A stretch of 64,000 nt of DNA from Leptolyngbyaceae cyanobacterium (GTDB lineage: Bacteria > Cyanobacteriota > Cyanobacteriia > Phormidesmidales > Phormidesmidaceae): positions 2,176,001 to 2,240,000 of the forward strand of contig CBDHHL010000032.1 of NCBI GenBank assembly GCA_965263355.1, written 5' to 3'. Position numbers and translations under genes: made by a program. The notes below the pieces were generated by a model. That model made no database searches, was not told where the DNA came from, and saw only the letters and a program-made list of their open reading frames with translations. Below are positions 31,735 through 42,374 of this stretch, one piece after another; the first letter of the stretch is position 1; each line of letters starts with the position of its first letter.

Positions 31735-32679
31735 TTACTTTTCTAACCCAGCAATAAAATCAGTTGCTTCCTTGCCACAGGTCTCATGGGTGCCCCCCAA
31801 GGTGCGACACTTTTCTTTATAAATCCTGCGGGCTAGGCTGGGCGGCAACTGGTCAGCATACTCTAGGGCCTTCTCAAACATGGCAACACTGTCATCGGTC
31901 TCTTGCTGACGGCGGTGCAATTGTGCCTTGAGATAAAACAGTTCTGGGTTTTCAGGGGCCGTTTCTAAAGCTTGCTCAACAGCCTCCATCGCCTCTGTCA
32001 TCTGACCTAGATCACGATAGCCCAGGGCAATTCCCCGATAGGCTAAGTAGTCAGGATTACCATATTCCGACAGCCGCTCGATCGCCTTTTCTGGATCGGA
32101 AAATGGCAAGTTAACCGCCAGCATCAAATCCATATACCCTTTGATCAGATTTAGTTCTGGATCAGTGCTGTCAAGCTTTTCGGCTGCCCCAATATGACTA
32201 AATACCTGTTGCAACATGGCCAAGGCAGCCGGAGTGCTACGGGCCACACCCTGGGTACTCATCATATGGGCCCCTTGCATAAAAATACCCACCGCAGAAT
32301 AGATATGTCCCCGCAGTGGATCGGTTTCAAGTAACGCCTCAGCCGTGGAGCGGGTCAATTCAACCTCTGCCTCTAGGGCGTCCCAATCTTCATCTAGATA
32401 AGCAATGGACGCCGCCATACTATGAACCAACGGTTCATCTGCTTCAGTCTCCTTTGCCAATGTCAACGCCTCACGGGTGCCCACATAGTCTGCATCGCGG
32501 AAAAAGGCTTCAAATGCCGTTTCGGTATGGGGTCCGATATTGTGGTCATCCCCTGAGCGGAACGGATCACCCGCCAACGCCGGGGACGCCGCAACTGTCA
32601 ATGTAGCTGCCGCTAGTACCCCGAATAATTTTAGATAGCGGCTTGGGCGGATAAAAGAATTTAAAGCTCGAAACGTCAT
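31735..32679 (-). CDS. Sll0314/Alr1548-like TPR protein
   Basis: Signal peptide then AGDPFR; DPELNLIKGYMDLMLAVNLPFSDP; TPR helices. Confidence 0.8.
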   Translation of the reverse strand: MTFRALNSFIRPSRYLKLFGVLAAATLTVAASPALAGDPFRSGDDHNIGPHTETAFEAFFRDADYVGTREALTLAKETEADEPLVHSMAASIAYLDEDWDALEAEVELTRSTAEALLETDPLRGHIYSAVGIFMQGAHMMSTQGVARSTPAALAMLQQVFSHIGAAEKLDSTDPELNLIKGYMDLMLAVNLPFSDPEKAIERLSEYGNPDYLAYRGIALGYRDLGQMTEAMEAVEQALETAPENPELFYLKAQLHRRQQETDDSVAMFEKALEYADQLPPSLARRIYKEKCRTLGGTHETCGKEATDFIAGLEK

Positions 32680-32783
32680 AATGCCTATCTTGATGAAGTG
32701 AGCGCTAATGAGTATAGCGATATAGATAAAAAACCAGGGGTGATCTATGAAACTCTCTGAGCTGTCATAGTTTGAACATCATC

Positions 32784-34391
32784 CTAAGTTTGTGGTTTAG
32801 CGGGTACACATTGATATTGTTGTTGACGAGTACCTTCTGTATTAATGCGTTTACCAACCAAAAAACAGTTGTGCTGAGGCAGCTGAACAGTTGTGGGAAA
32901 AGGAGCTTGGCGTTTTGGTTCTACCAACCAAAGCACCAGAGCCTCGGCGGGAGTACTCTGGCTTAGGTCGGGTCGCCAGGACTGCACATCCGCTGGTTCT
33001 GTAAATGCCACTTGCGTGTTTGTATTGGGGGGCATTGCTAGGACATAGCTCAGGGCACGGGCACGATAGCTATCTTGCTGGGGGGCAATCAGGACAATTT
33101 TGGGGTCGGGATCGGCTACTAAACGACGTCCAATCTGACCGGGTAAATAGGGCTTAAGTAATGCAATATCATAGCTGATCAAGAGCTGGCTAAAAATACC
33201 GGCTGCGATCGCCACGCCCATTACCCAATTCCGCCGTCGGGCCAACGCCTGCGCTGCCAACACCGTCACCGCTGGATAGAGCATAAAAAAGTAGCGTGGT
33301 GCCAGGGTGAGATCTTTGCCCAAACCATAGGTGATGGACATCATTACCCCAAATATAACCAGGCTATAGCTAACCATGGGCGACCACAAATCTAGCAGCC
33401 CCTCTCCACGCCAGCCTTGAATAACCTGGTTTAAGACAATGCCAAAAACCATCAGCATAATCAACGCTGATGAAATGCTCACCCATTGTGGCACCTGCTC
33501 CACCGGTAGCAAAATCAGCATAAACACCCCTGCTACTAGGGACTGTAGCCAGGGCATGAGGAGCGTTTGCCAGATCGGGGCCGACTGACTCAGCCAGCTA
33601 GTGCCCCCTTCACTATAAAAATGGGTCAATGCGTTGGATAGCCAGGGCAGATAGAGTAAACCTGTCGCCCCCATGGCCAATAACCAGGGTAATGCTTGGG
33701 GCCGTCGATCGCGTCGCCAAAGAATCCGGCTAATGGTAACTAACCACTGGGCGATAATACTAAAGCCATAGAAGTAATGGACGTAAATTCCTAGAGTATT
33801 CAAGCCGATCCAGCCGATCCAGTGCCGGGGCGCTCGGTCATCCTGCAGTAAGGCGATCCAATTAACCAGGGCAAATGATGCGATCGCAACCGCTAAACTA
33901 TAGTGTCGTGCTTCCTGGGACAAGTAAATGCCATAGGGAGATACGGCCATCAACAAGGCCGCCAACCTGCCCACACGCTCACCACCAACACGGCGTCCCA
34001 GATAGAATACACCAGCGACAGCTACGACTCCCCACAGCACCGCAAATGCCCGCAGGCTCCAAATCGAGGTGCCCAACCCTTGCAACCAGCCACTCATCAT
34101 CATAAAGAACAGCGGCGGGTGATTGCTGTAGGTCGTCACCGTTTGAGCGGCCTGTTCAGGAGAGCTGGCCCCTACCAGCAGTGCCCGGTAGTCTTCAGGG
34201 GGGAGCAAGGTGTCCATGGGAATCTCATTTAGAGTCTTCCCAAGGCTATAAAATGCAGTGTAAAGTTCGTCTACCCAGAGGGGTTTGGCCCCTAGACGCC
34301 ACAGCCGTAACAGCGCCGCCAATAGCAAAATCAGCGGCAGGTGCAGTTGTTGAGGGTTACGCGTCAGCTTAGGCAAGGGATACTCTCGCAA
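32784..34391 (-). CDS. GT-C fold membrane glycosyltransferase (GT39/PMT-like)
   Basis: LWVDE, HPPLFF, SQEARHY motifs and multiple transmembrane segments. Confidence 0.82.
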   Translation of the reverse strand: MREYPLPKLTRNPQQLHLPLILLLAALLRLWRLGAKPLWVDELYTAFYSLGKTLNEIPMDTLLPPEDYRALLVGASSPEQAAQTVTTYSNHPPLFFMMMSGWLQGLGTSIWSLRAFAVLWGVVAVAGVFYLGRRVGGERVGRLAALLMAVSPYGIYLSQEARHYSLAVAIASFALVNWIALLQDDRAPRHWIGWIGLNTLGIYVHYFYGFSIIAQWLVTISRILWRRDRRPQALPWLLAMGATGLLYLPWLSNALTHFYSEGGTSWLSQSAPIWQTLLMPWLQSLVAGVFMLILLPVEQVPQWVSISSALIMLMVFGIVLNQVIQGWRGEGLLDLWSPMVSYSLVIFGVMMSITYGLGKDLTLAPRYFFMLYPAVTVLAAQALARRRNWVMGVAIAAGIFSQLLISYDIALLKPYLPGQIGRRLVADPDPKIVLIAPQQDSYRARALSYVLAMPPNTNTQVAFTEPADVQSWRPDLSQSTPAEALVLWLVEPKRQAPFPTTVQLPQHNCFLVGKRINTEGTRQQQYQCVPAKPQT

Positions 34392-34436
34392 AGACTGCCT
34401 TCAGCATAGTAACGGATTAACGTGGATTAAATAGCG

Positions 34437-34802
34437 TTAAGAACGACATCTAATCAGGGTTATCGACACTTTTCCGTCAAAATTAGGCACGGGAGCCGTC
34501 AGTTTGGTAACTGTCACTTGAACTTTTTCCAAACGGCTGTCATTAGCTAAGGCTTGAGTTGCGATCGCATCACCTAAACACTCAATCAATTTAAATTTCT
34601 CTGTCTGGATAATCCGTTGGGTTTGCTGAATAATATCTGCATAGTTATGGGTATCTGACAATTTATCAGATTTGCCCGCTACCGATAAATCGAGCCACAG
34701 CGTCAGATCCACCTCAAACCACTGCCCTAACACATTCTCTTCCGGCAGTACTCCAATATAACCATAGGCTCGAATGCCTGAAACCGTAATATAATCCGTC
34801 AT
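34437..34802 (-). CDS. folB: dihydroneopterin aldolase
   Basis: YGYIGVLPEE..GQWFEVD, T.NY, LIE and VTK motifs. Confidence 0.92.
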   Translation of the reverse strand: MTDYITVSGIRAYGYIGVLPEENVLGQWFEVDLTLWLDLSVAGKSDKLSDTHNYADIIQQTQRIIQTEKFKLIECLGDAIATQALANDSRLEKVQVTVTKLTAPVPNFDGKVSITLIRCRS

Positions 34803-34871
34803 AGAATTTTGAATATTATTATATAAAGTTTTTACCTGATCACGATGACTAGAGAACTTTGCTACAACAAG

Positions 34872-35007
34872 CTAATGCATCGTCAAAGCTAAAAATTCGG
34901 GTTGGTTACTGATGAAGAGTGGAGAGTAAAGCGTGACTCTTCATCCCTTTAGACTCTTTACTCTTTACCCGTCTTACCCAAAATCTTAAGGCTTGACAGA
35001 ACACTAG
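34872..35007. mobile_element. MITE-like element, copy 2
   Basis: CTAATGCATCGTCAAAGCTAAAAATTCGG...TTGACAGAACACTAG imperfect terminal inverted repeats; related to 12952. Confidence 0.55.
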
Positions 35008-35012
35008 CCTAA

Positions 35013-35876
35013 TCATAGTTTCTCAATTTCATCTGCATTTAGCCCAGTAGACTGAACAATATCTTTAACAGAAAGACCGAGGACTTTCAGCCGTTGAGCA
35101 ATCTGTTGCCGTTCTTCCTCCCGCCCCCGCGTTTCTGCTTTATCTTCTGCTTCTTCAATTAATGTTTGGGTTACATTAAAATTGTCACGATAAACTTTAA
35201 GACTCTCTTGATAAAGTGCCTGCTCTGTTTCTGAAAAGTTAGCAATTTTAGCGACTTCAAATAGCTGTTTAAATACGCCTTCCTGTAAGTTTTGAGGAGG
35301 TGTTTCGAGCTGAGCTAAATGTCGTAACAAAAACAACCACTTGTCTGTATGAGAATCAAGTTCTGTCAGGCTTTTCTTAAACTTGGGTAACTCGATGTAG
35401 ATAAATTTAAGCTTGTCATAGAACACGTCGCAGTGCTGATCTTTTAACTCCACTGTGTGGATCAGCGTTTCCTCATGCTTGTGTTCATCAAACGTGAAGT
35501 CCAGTACACCCACGGTATATACAGCAGTTAATTTATAATTCCATGGTCCTGTACAGGCCTGTTCTTGAATAGGAAATGTAGAGTAATAAACACTTCTATC
35601 TTTGAAAAATTTTTGCTTAGCTTTCTGGATTTCGACAATAAATCGTTCTCCGCTGTCCGTCTGACAATAGATATCAAAAATAGCTCTACGATCTGCCCAG
35701 GTTCTACCAATAGTTTCTGGATTTTTGAAGGTAACATCCTGAATATGGTGATAATCAGGCAGTAGGGTGTTAAGAAAGTCAATTAATAGTGCCTTGTGGG
35801 GTTCAGTGCCGAATAGACGTTTAAAGCCAAAGTCAGTGAGCGGATCTATGTACTTGTCGGGCAACAGGAAGACCAT
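35013..35876 (-). CDS. Rpn-family recombination-promoting nuclease (PD-(D/E)XK_2)
   Basis: PLTDFGFKRLFG, FDIYC..FIVEIQ, YIELPKF; C-terminal IA..L...GL..I...TGL tail. Confidence 0.88.
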   Translation of the reverse strand: MVFLLPDKYIDPLTDFGFKRLFGTEPHKALLIDFLNTLLPDYHHIQDVTFKNPETIGRTWADRRAIFDIYCQTDSGERFIVEIQKAKQKFFKDRSVYYSTFPIQEQACTGPWNYKLTAVYTVGVLDFTFDEHKHEETLIHTVELKDQHCDVFYDKLKFIYIELPKFKKSLTELDSHTDKWLFLLRHLAQLETPPQNLQEGVFKQLFEVAKIANFSETEQALYQESLKVYRDNFNVTQTLIEEAEDKAETRGREEERQQIAQRLKVLGLSVKDIVQSTGLNADEIEKL

Positions 35877-35989
35877 AGTTTATAACTGGTACATATGTTT
35901 TGAGTATAGTCCAATTTCTGAAGTGTACCGATTCTAGATTAAAGCGCCTTAACATCCACTCCTTGTGTGCGATTTCGTCAATGTCTGCT

Positions 35990-36490
35990 CTATAGCGCTC
36001 TTAGAAACTCCTTGAGTGGGTCAAGACAGGGATGATTCCAGTTCCAATAGTCCTGATTCATGGCGTAACCAACTCGCTGCTTCAGCTCGGGTCTGGATGC
36101 TAAGAAAGCAGTTACTTTTGCTTTAGCAAAATTTCTAGGGAGTTGGATCCCCTGACGGCTCAAGCATTGAAAATACTGCTCAACACAGACAATGACAGCA
36201 TCTGTTTCAAGCATGTTCAAACACAGGTCTTCTTGAACGGACTCAAAAGCAGCAGATGCATTTTGTTCTGCATCTCTGATAACTCCAATTGATTGAATGT
36301 CTAACTGTCGAAAATCGGGCTGATTAACCAAACCTTTTATGAAAGGCCGAAAATTCTCCACGTTGCGAAAGTCTAAAATTTGAAAGCCGTCTACTTCAGA
36401 AGCCTTCAAAAGAGCTTTTATAAATGCTTCTGTGTCTTTACCTTCTACCAATAACAACTTTGTGGCTAGAATCCTCTGTGATAAGGGCAT
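35990..36490 (-). CDS. DUF3226-like TOPRIM-related protein (possibly internally deleted)
   Basis: LLVEGKD, GVIRDAE, EDLCL and AKAKV motifs; abuts the upstream ATPase stop. Confidence 0.65.
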   Translation of the reverse strand: MPLSQRILATKLLLVEGKDTEAFIKALLKASEVDGFQILDFRNVENFRPFIKGLVNQPDFRQLDIQSIGVIRDAEQNASAAFESVQEDLCLNMLETDAVIVCVEQYFQCLSRQGIQLPRNFAKAKVTAFLASRPELKQRVGYAMNQDYWNWNHPCLDPLKEFLRAL

Positions 36491-37569
36491 TAGCGCACCT
36501 CAAAGAACGCTTGAACAGCACCTTCTAAGGCTTCTTGATCATATGTAACGGGTTTAAACTCGTCTTTAATGCGATCAATGCGATGTAGGCGAAAATCATA
36601 ATGTCTACTTTCAGAAAAAGTAGCATGAGCAGCTTCAATGCACTCATAGCTGTGAGTTGTTGAAATCACTTGCACATTAAACTGATGAGCAGCATCACTA
36701 ATCACTTTCCAAACATTTGAAAGAACAGAATGATGTAACCCATTTTCGATTTCATCAATCAAAACTAATCTATCTTTATTAGTTGTCAGAGTTAGTAGGA
36801 TGGATACTAAGCGATTTAACCCTTCGCCCATTAAAGACAGGGGTATAAGTCGTGGTAAGCCAATATCTCCATATAAGGTTGGAAGCCCATCTACTACGAT
36901 AGTTCTGATTCGTTTTAGCCGTGGTTCTATCAGCTTTAAACTCTCAACTAAGCCATAATCACTATTTATTAGCTCTAATTGTCCAAACATTTCGGCCTGG
37001 ATCCTGCTACTTTGACGCTCATTAGCTAAAATAATAGACACAACAATAGGTGGAGCCCCTAATTCTGCTGATGTTCCCTTAAGCTTGGTACTATTACCTT
37101 CAATCCAAAACTCGTTTTCTATTGGTTGTCCTTCAGGCGGAACATAGCGTAGCTTTAGGATCTGACTCAAATTCGATGTGATTGCCCCTAATCCAGCTTC
37201 GTATTTTTCATGGTTGATAACGATTGTATTAGGAATCGCTCGATTGCTTTGAATATCAAGAGTGTGTGACTCTGATGTATTGATAGAACCTTTGATATGG
37301 ATAGTTTTCCTTTCATCAAAGTCTTTAAAGAGAGGAGCTAACAACAGTTCCTGAGCAATGTCTGAAGTAACTTTTTCAAGTGGACTACGCCTGCTAATGA
37401 GATAGGTCAATCCTGCTGGATTTGAACCTGCAGCCCATATGCCAATCGCCTCTAAGAAAGCAGTTTTCCCTACGTTGTTTTTACCTGCGATCAAATTAAC
37501 ACGACTAAGCCCATCGACCTTAAGCTGGTCGAAACAGCGAAAGTTCTCAATTTGAATCGAGGTTAGCAT
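36490..37569 (-). CDS. ABC-type ATPase (AAA_15/AAA_21)
   Basis: IENFRCF, GKNNVGKT, MGEG signature, LIDEIENGLH, STTHS. Confidence 0.88.
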   Translation of the reverse strand: MLTSIQIENFRCFDQLKVDGLSRVNLIAGKNNVGKTAFLEAIGIWAAGSNPAGLTYLISRRSPLEKVTSDIAQELLLAPLFKDFDERKTIHIKGSINTSESHTLDIQSNRAIPNTIVINHEKYEAGLGAITSNLSQILKLRYVPPEGQPIENEFWIEGNSTKLKGTSAELGAPPIVVSIILANERQSSRIQAEMFGQLELINSDYGLVESLKLIEPRLKRIRTIVVDGLPTLYGDIGLPRLIPLSLMGEGLNRLVSILLTLTTNKDRLVLIDEIENGLHHSVLSNVWKVISDAAHQFNVQVISTTHSYECIEAAHATFSESRHYDFRLHRIDRIKDEFKPVTYDQEALEGAVQAFFEVR

Positions 37570-37608
37570 GGGCTATCTGGGGAATTGCTTACGCTTAAAC
37601 TAACGCAT

Positions 37609-38922
37609 TTAGACCAAATCGCGATGGGCAAATGGTTTGGCATTCTCGCCAGAATAGGTGGCAACAATGTGACCATTGCCCACTACCTGATATTTGTAGG
37701 TGACTAAGCCCTCCAACCCTACCGGGCCGCGAGGAGGCATTTTCTGGGTGCTGATGCCCACTTCTGCACCAAAGCCATAGCGGAAGCCATCGGCAAAGCG
37801 GGTGGAACAGTTGTGGTAAACGCCAGCGGCATCTACCTGGGCCATAAAGTGATCGGCAGTCGTCTGGTCTTCAGTTGAGATCGCATCCGTATGCCGAGAC
37901 CCATAGATATTAATATGGTCAATTGCCGCATCCACCGAATCCACCACCCGAATTGCCAAAATCAAATCACTATACTCAGTGGACCAGTCACCCTCGGTTG
38001 CCGCCTGAATATCGCCTAGCACCTGCCGTGTAGTATCATCACCCAGCAGCTTTACCCCTTCTTGTTGCAATGCCTCAGCCAAAACCGGTAGGGCCTGAGG
38101 CGCAATGTCTTTATGTACTAAAAGGGTTTCAATGGCATTACAAGCCGATGGATAACCAATCTTAGCATCCACTGCAATTTTGGCAGTTTTCTCCAAGTCA
38201 GCTGCCACATCTACATACAGATGACAAATACCATCCGCATGGCCCAGCACCGGAATTCGGGTATTTTCCTGGACAAAGCGTACAAACGCATTAGAGCCCC
38301 GAGGAATAATCAGGTCCACATAGCTATCAAGTGCCAACAGTGCCCTGGTCTCCTCCCGTGTGGTCAACAGCTGCACGGCATTGGGGTCTACTCCCGCATT
38401 GGTCAGCCCCTGACGAATCGCTTTGACTAATGCCTGACAGGAGCGTACGGCTTCCTTACCCCCTTTGAGGATGACCCCGTTACCAGACTTCACCGCCAAG
38501 GTGGAAATCTGCATTACTGCATCGGGACGAGACTCAAAAATAATCCCCAATACTCCCAATGGGCAGGCAATGCGCTTAAGCACTAGACCATCATCCAATT
38601 CTCGATGAATCTGGACCGCACCAGCTGGGTCGGGTAGCTTAGCCACATCGCGCACCCCCTTGATGGCACCCTTTAGCTTGATAGCATCTAGTTTTAGCCG
38701 TCCGTAGAGGGGCTTGGCCAGGTTATCGTCTAACGCGGCTTTGAGGTCGGCTTCATTGGCCGCTGTAATATCCGCTGCTGCTGTTTCTAGCGCCTGGGCA
38801 ATGGCCTCGATGGCGTCGTTTTTTTGCTGGGTGGATAGACTGGCCAGGGTGCGGGCTGCTTGACGGGTATGGGTTGCGATCGCAACCAAAGAGTTCTCAA
38901 CAGCAGCCGAAGATACAGACAT
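37609..38922 (-). CDS. proA: gamma-glutamyl phosphate reductase
   Basis: [29 protein letters not shown] and [17 protein letters not shown] motifs. Confidence 0.96.
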   Translation of the reverse strand: MSVSSAAVENSLVAIATHTRQAARTLASLSTQQKNDAIEAIAQALETAAADITAANEADLKAALDDNLAKPLYGRLKLDAIKLKGAIKGVRDVAKLPDPAGAVQIHRELDDGLVLKRIACPLGVLGIIFESRPDAVMQISTLAVKSGNGVILKGGKEAVRSCQALVKAIRQGLTNAGVDPNAVQLLTTREETRALLALDSYVDLIIPRGSNAFVRFVQENTRIPVLGHADGICHLYVDVAADLEKTAKIAVDAKIGYPSACNAIETLLVHKDIAPQALPVLAEALQQEGVKLLGDDTTRQVLGDIQAATEGDWSTEYSDLILAIRVVDSVDAAIDHINIYGSRHTDAISTEDQTTADHFMAQVDAAGVYHNCSTRFADGFRYGFGAEVGISTQKMPPRGPVGLEGLVTYKYQVVGNGHIVATYSGENAKPFAHRDLV

Positions 38923-39079
38923 GGGGTTCCGTGAATGTTAATCAATTATCTAGTTTATCCAGAATAAAGCTTTCAGGACCTTTAACAGCCTCTTGACTTA
39001 AAAGCGAGTTTTTCAAGATTAGATGGTGAGTAGAACGTAAAAAGTAGAGAGCACGCTTCCCCTCTTTATCCCTTCCCTT

Positions 39080-39904
39080 TTACCTCTTCGCTTCTTTCCC
39101 CTCCGCAATTTTCCGCTTTGCCCGTTGCCAAAGTGCCTCCAGTTCCTCAATGCTGTGATCATCTAACGGCTTTTCCGCCGCCTGCTCCAGTAAGCCAAAC
39201 CGTTGCACAAAGCGACGATTTGTCCCTTGTAGAGCCGCCACCGGGTCAATATCGCACCAGCGAGCCACCTGCATCAGACTAAACAATACATCGCCAAACT
39301 CAGCTGCCTGATTCTCAGCACTTTCATGGGCCAGTGCATGACGAAATTCCCCCAGTTCTTCCTCCACTTTTTCCCACACGCTATCCAGGGTTTCCCACTC
39401 AAACCCAGCCTTGGCCGCCTTTTTAGAAATTTTCATCGTTGCAGCCATGGGCGGCAGTGTGCGTCCATAGCTGGCCAGCTTCTCTGTCAGCGTATTCTCT
39501 GTATTGCCTTTCTCTGCGGCCTTAATGGCTTCCCAACTTACCTTCACCTCTTCAGGCGTAGAGGCCTGACTATCCCCAAACACATGGGGATGACGGCGAA
39601 TTAGCTTTTCCGCAATGCCTTGGGCCACGTCCCCTAGGTCAAACCCATCTGCTTCACTAAAAATCTGCGATTGCAGCACCACCTGCAGCAGTAGGTCTCC
39701 TAGCTCTTCAGCAATATGGTCACGGTCACCCTGCTGAATGGCATCGACCACTTCATAGGCTTCTTCAAGCACATAGGGAGTCAAACTTTCAGGCGTTTGG
39801 GCCAAATCCCATGGGCAGCCACCGTCCGGGTTACGCAGCTGAGCAACGACATCAATCAGCCGCTGGAGGGCATCCAATGTTTTAGATTGCAGATGTTTGG
39901 TCAT
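39080..39904 (-). CDS. mazG: nucleoside triphosphate pyrophosphohydrolase
   Basis: GCPWD, EEAYEV, EELGDLLLQ and KLIRRHPHVFG motifs. Confidence 0.95.
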   Translation of the reverse strand: MTKHLQSKTLDALQRLIDVVAQLRNPDGGCPWDLAQTPESLTPYVLEEAYEVVDAIQQGDRDHIAEELGDLLLQVVLQSQIFSEADGFDLGDVAQGIAEKLIRRHPHVFGDSQASTPEEVKVSWEAIKAAEKGNTENTLTEKLASYGRTLPPMAATMKISKKAAKAGFEWETLDSVWEKVEEELGEFRHALAHESAENQAAEFGDVLFSLMQVARWCDIDPVAALQGTNRRFVQRFGLLEQAAEKPLDDHSIEELEALWQRAKRKIAEGKEAKR

Positions 39905-40164
39905 GGATTTAGCAATAGAGGCAGGATTTGATTAAGCTCAGCTTATCTTTATACGATGGCCTTGATTGCGATGTTTTTTGTGAGTGCTGACGCTATCCAA
40001 TCGTTGGCATAGTGACTCAGCGTCCTCAGTTTTAGACCAGCCAACAATGAATGACTGCTATAAATTAAGCGCGCAAGGCTACAAATTCCAGTTTCTTTGA
40101 AAAAAAGTCGCCGTTAGGGGCCGTCATCTGTTACTATTTACTCCTGTGCAAACGCACAGTAAAC

Positions 40165-40237
<73 letters not shown>

Positions 40238-40368
40238 TCAAGGAAAGCCAAGCCTTAAGCCAGTTGCAGCGGTTTCTTTAGGAAGCTGCCGAACTGACTC
40301 AGCTAGTCTGAACTAGAATAAACTGACTAATTTTTAGATCAAAATTAGATCAGGAATTTGAGTTCTAC

Positions 40369-41496
40369 ATGGGGCGTAAATCACTCACAATCGAAGCCAT
40401 CAATGCCAGGTTGGAAACAGCTCAGCTGGGGCTAAAGATCTACCAGCGTGGCGAAAAGCTATCCATTCGGGGTACGTTGCCCCCCAAACCCAGTAGTAAG
40501 CGTACGAAACCCCATCAGCAGCTGATTAGTCTGGGGGTGTATGCCAATCCAGCGGGTCTGGAGTATGCCGAATCAGAAGCCTTTCGCCTGGGAGGGTTAC
40601 TGGCCCAAAAGCGTTTTAGCTGGGAGGTCGTTAGCCCAGACCCAGACCAGATTCCAGCTCAGGATCCTGAGGAAAGCTGCCAGGTGTGGATAGAACGCTT
40701 TCGGCAAGACTGGTTAAAGCATCAGGATGGCGATGAGGCAGTCGTTGAGCTGAAATGGCGCGAGCAGTTTTGGTATCCCGCCTTTAAGTGGCTATCCCCT
40801 AACGCCGCCCTCACGCCCTATTTATTAGAAAGTGTTGTGCAGCGGTGGAAGCCTAACAGTCGCAGTCGTCAAATTGCCTGCCAAAAATTGCAACGACTGG
40901 CAGACTTTGCCAACGTTAAATCAGATATTAAGGCTTACCAGGGCGACTATAGCCTCAGTAATGTAGAGCGGATTATTCCAGACGATCCTGATATTGTTAC
41001 GGCCATTGACAGTATGAAAAATAAGTCCTGGCAGTGGGTTGCCGGGATGATGGCCACCTATAATTTGAGGGACCATGAAGCCTTTCTGTGTGAGGTGGAG
41101 TGGCGAAAATACGACGGTGAACAATGGCTGGTGGCCTTGGTCCCCGATGCGACTAAGACGGGCAAGCGAGAAACATTTCCCTTACCCCCAGAATGGGTTG
41201 AACGGTGGCAATTGGACAATGTTCGTCGGCCTGACGTCACAGCGCGTATTAACAAGGATTATGGAGATCGCACCTCCACCGCATTTCAACGGGCCAAAAT
41301 GCCCTTCCCGCCCTATAGTTTGCGCCATGCCTGGAATATTCGCGCGGCTCTGTGGTTAGAACTGCCTACTGCAGTAGCGTCTCAGTTTATGGGCCACAAT
41401 CCTAATGTGAATCTGGGCACTTATCAAAAGCATATTTCTAAAGCGCGGGCGGCCCAAGCCTATTTTGAAGCGTTAAGACGCAAGCAGCGGGGATGA
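40369..41496 (+). CDS. tyrosine recombinase / island integrase
   Basis: Catalytic R(LRDHE), K(TKTG), LRHAW, MGH and Y residues; located just 3' of a tRNA. Confidence 0.88.
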   Translation: MGRKSLTIEAINARLETAQLGLKIYQRGEKLSIRGTLPPKPSSKRTKPHQQLISLGVYANPAGLEYAESEAFRLGGLLAQKRFSWEVVSPDPDQIPAQDPEESCQVWIERFRQDWLKHQDGDEAVVELKWREQFWYPAFKWLSPNAALTPYLLESVVQRWKPNSRSRQIACQKLQRLADFANVKSDIKAYQGDYSLSNVERIIPDDPDIVTAIDSMKNKSWQWVAGMMATYNLRDHEAFLCEVEWRKYDGEQWLVALVPDATKTGKRETFPLPPEWVERWQLDNVRRPDVTARINKDYGDRTSTAFQRAKMPFPPYSLRHAWNIRAALWLELPTAVASQFMGHNPNVNLGTYQKHISKARAAQAYFEALRRKQRG

Positions 41497-41524
41497 TCCT
41501 TCAGCTTCGCTCAGGATGTGGTGA

Positions 41525-41863
41525 TTAAGCACTGCGTAGGGGGGTGCGTTTTGCAGCTATGGTGCGATCGCGTGCCTGACATTTTTCAATATTCGCATAC
41601 CAATCAGGACGGCTAGACTGGGGAGAACGACGGTCTATGATCTCCTTGCCTGCTCGATAGTGACCAGACCTAACTTTATATAAACAGGCATCATAATTTT
41701 TGTAGCCCAACAGTTTCCACGCATCGCTGAGCTTGACCAGCTTTGCCGGTGTTTCCAGCTCAGAATTGAGGCGATTATGCAACACCTGTAGTTGTTGCTC
41801 TATATCATCCAGCCGGTGATGGAGTTGCCCAAACAATTCCTGTAGCAATTCTCCAGTATCCAT
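41525..41863 (-). CDS. small coiled-coil/HTH protein (possible excisionase-like factor)
   Basis: Convergent with the integrase; KLSDAWKLLGY helix-turn-helix-like segment; ATG start MDTGELL chosen. Confidence 0.45.
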   Translation of the reverse strand: MDTGELLQELFGQLHHRLDDIEQQLQVLHNRLNSELETPAKLVKLSDAWKLLGYKNYDACLYKVRSGHYRAGKEIIDRRSPQSSRPDWYANIEKCQARDRTIAAKRTPLRSA

Positions 41864-42374
41864 ATCAAATCCCCAACGGTAATAACAGGGTAAGAAACGG
41901 GGAGTATGCCAAACATGCTCAATATGCTTGGTGAACCTTGATGCCATTAATCTTAGGACACACCTATCAAGCAGAGCTGTACACATGCTGATTAGTTAAA
42001 CTTTCTTAACTCAACTGACTCCTGGACATCTTGCTTAAACCGTCTAGTTACAGAAGCTTCGATTCTATTAAATCCTTTTTCTATTAGCTTTGAGCGAAAA
42101 AATATTGAAATTACGCATTATGTCAGCATTGCTTCTGAGTGCTGAGCTGCGATTGAGGCGAAATTATCAAAAGTCAGCCCATGCCCCGCAGATAAGAGCC
42201 TTCCTCCCATAACGATCACAGGTAAAGTCTGCCACCAGATGGACGGTCTAAATACGTAGGCTAGTTGGCTGATTTTGAAAAAAATTACATCGAATCAATC
42301 TAACTGCGTTGTTTTTAGGATGAAATGGGCGAAGTGCCCATGGATACCTGTAGTGACGCTGTGAAATAAAGACC

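Noticed and set aside
39080..39904. mazG as part of the defence island or mazEFG
   Set aside because: It is the full-length housekeeping type, on the host side of the tRNA and 10 kb from mazF.
40369..41496. Integrase as the integron integrase IntI
   Set aside because: No recognisable IntI-specific insertion or HTLRHSFATHLL-type motif; it looks like a tRNA-targeting cyanobacterial island integrase and lies about 8 kb from the array.
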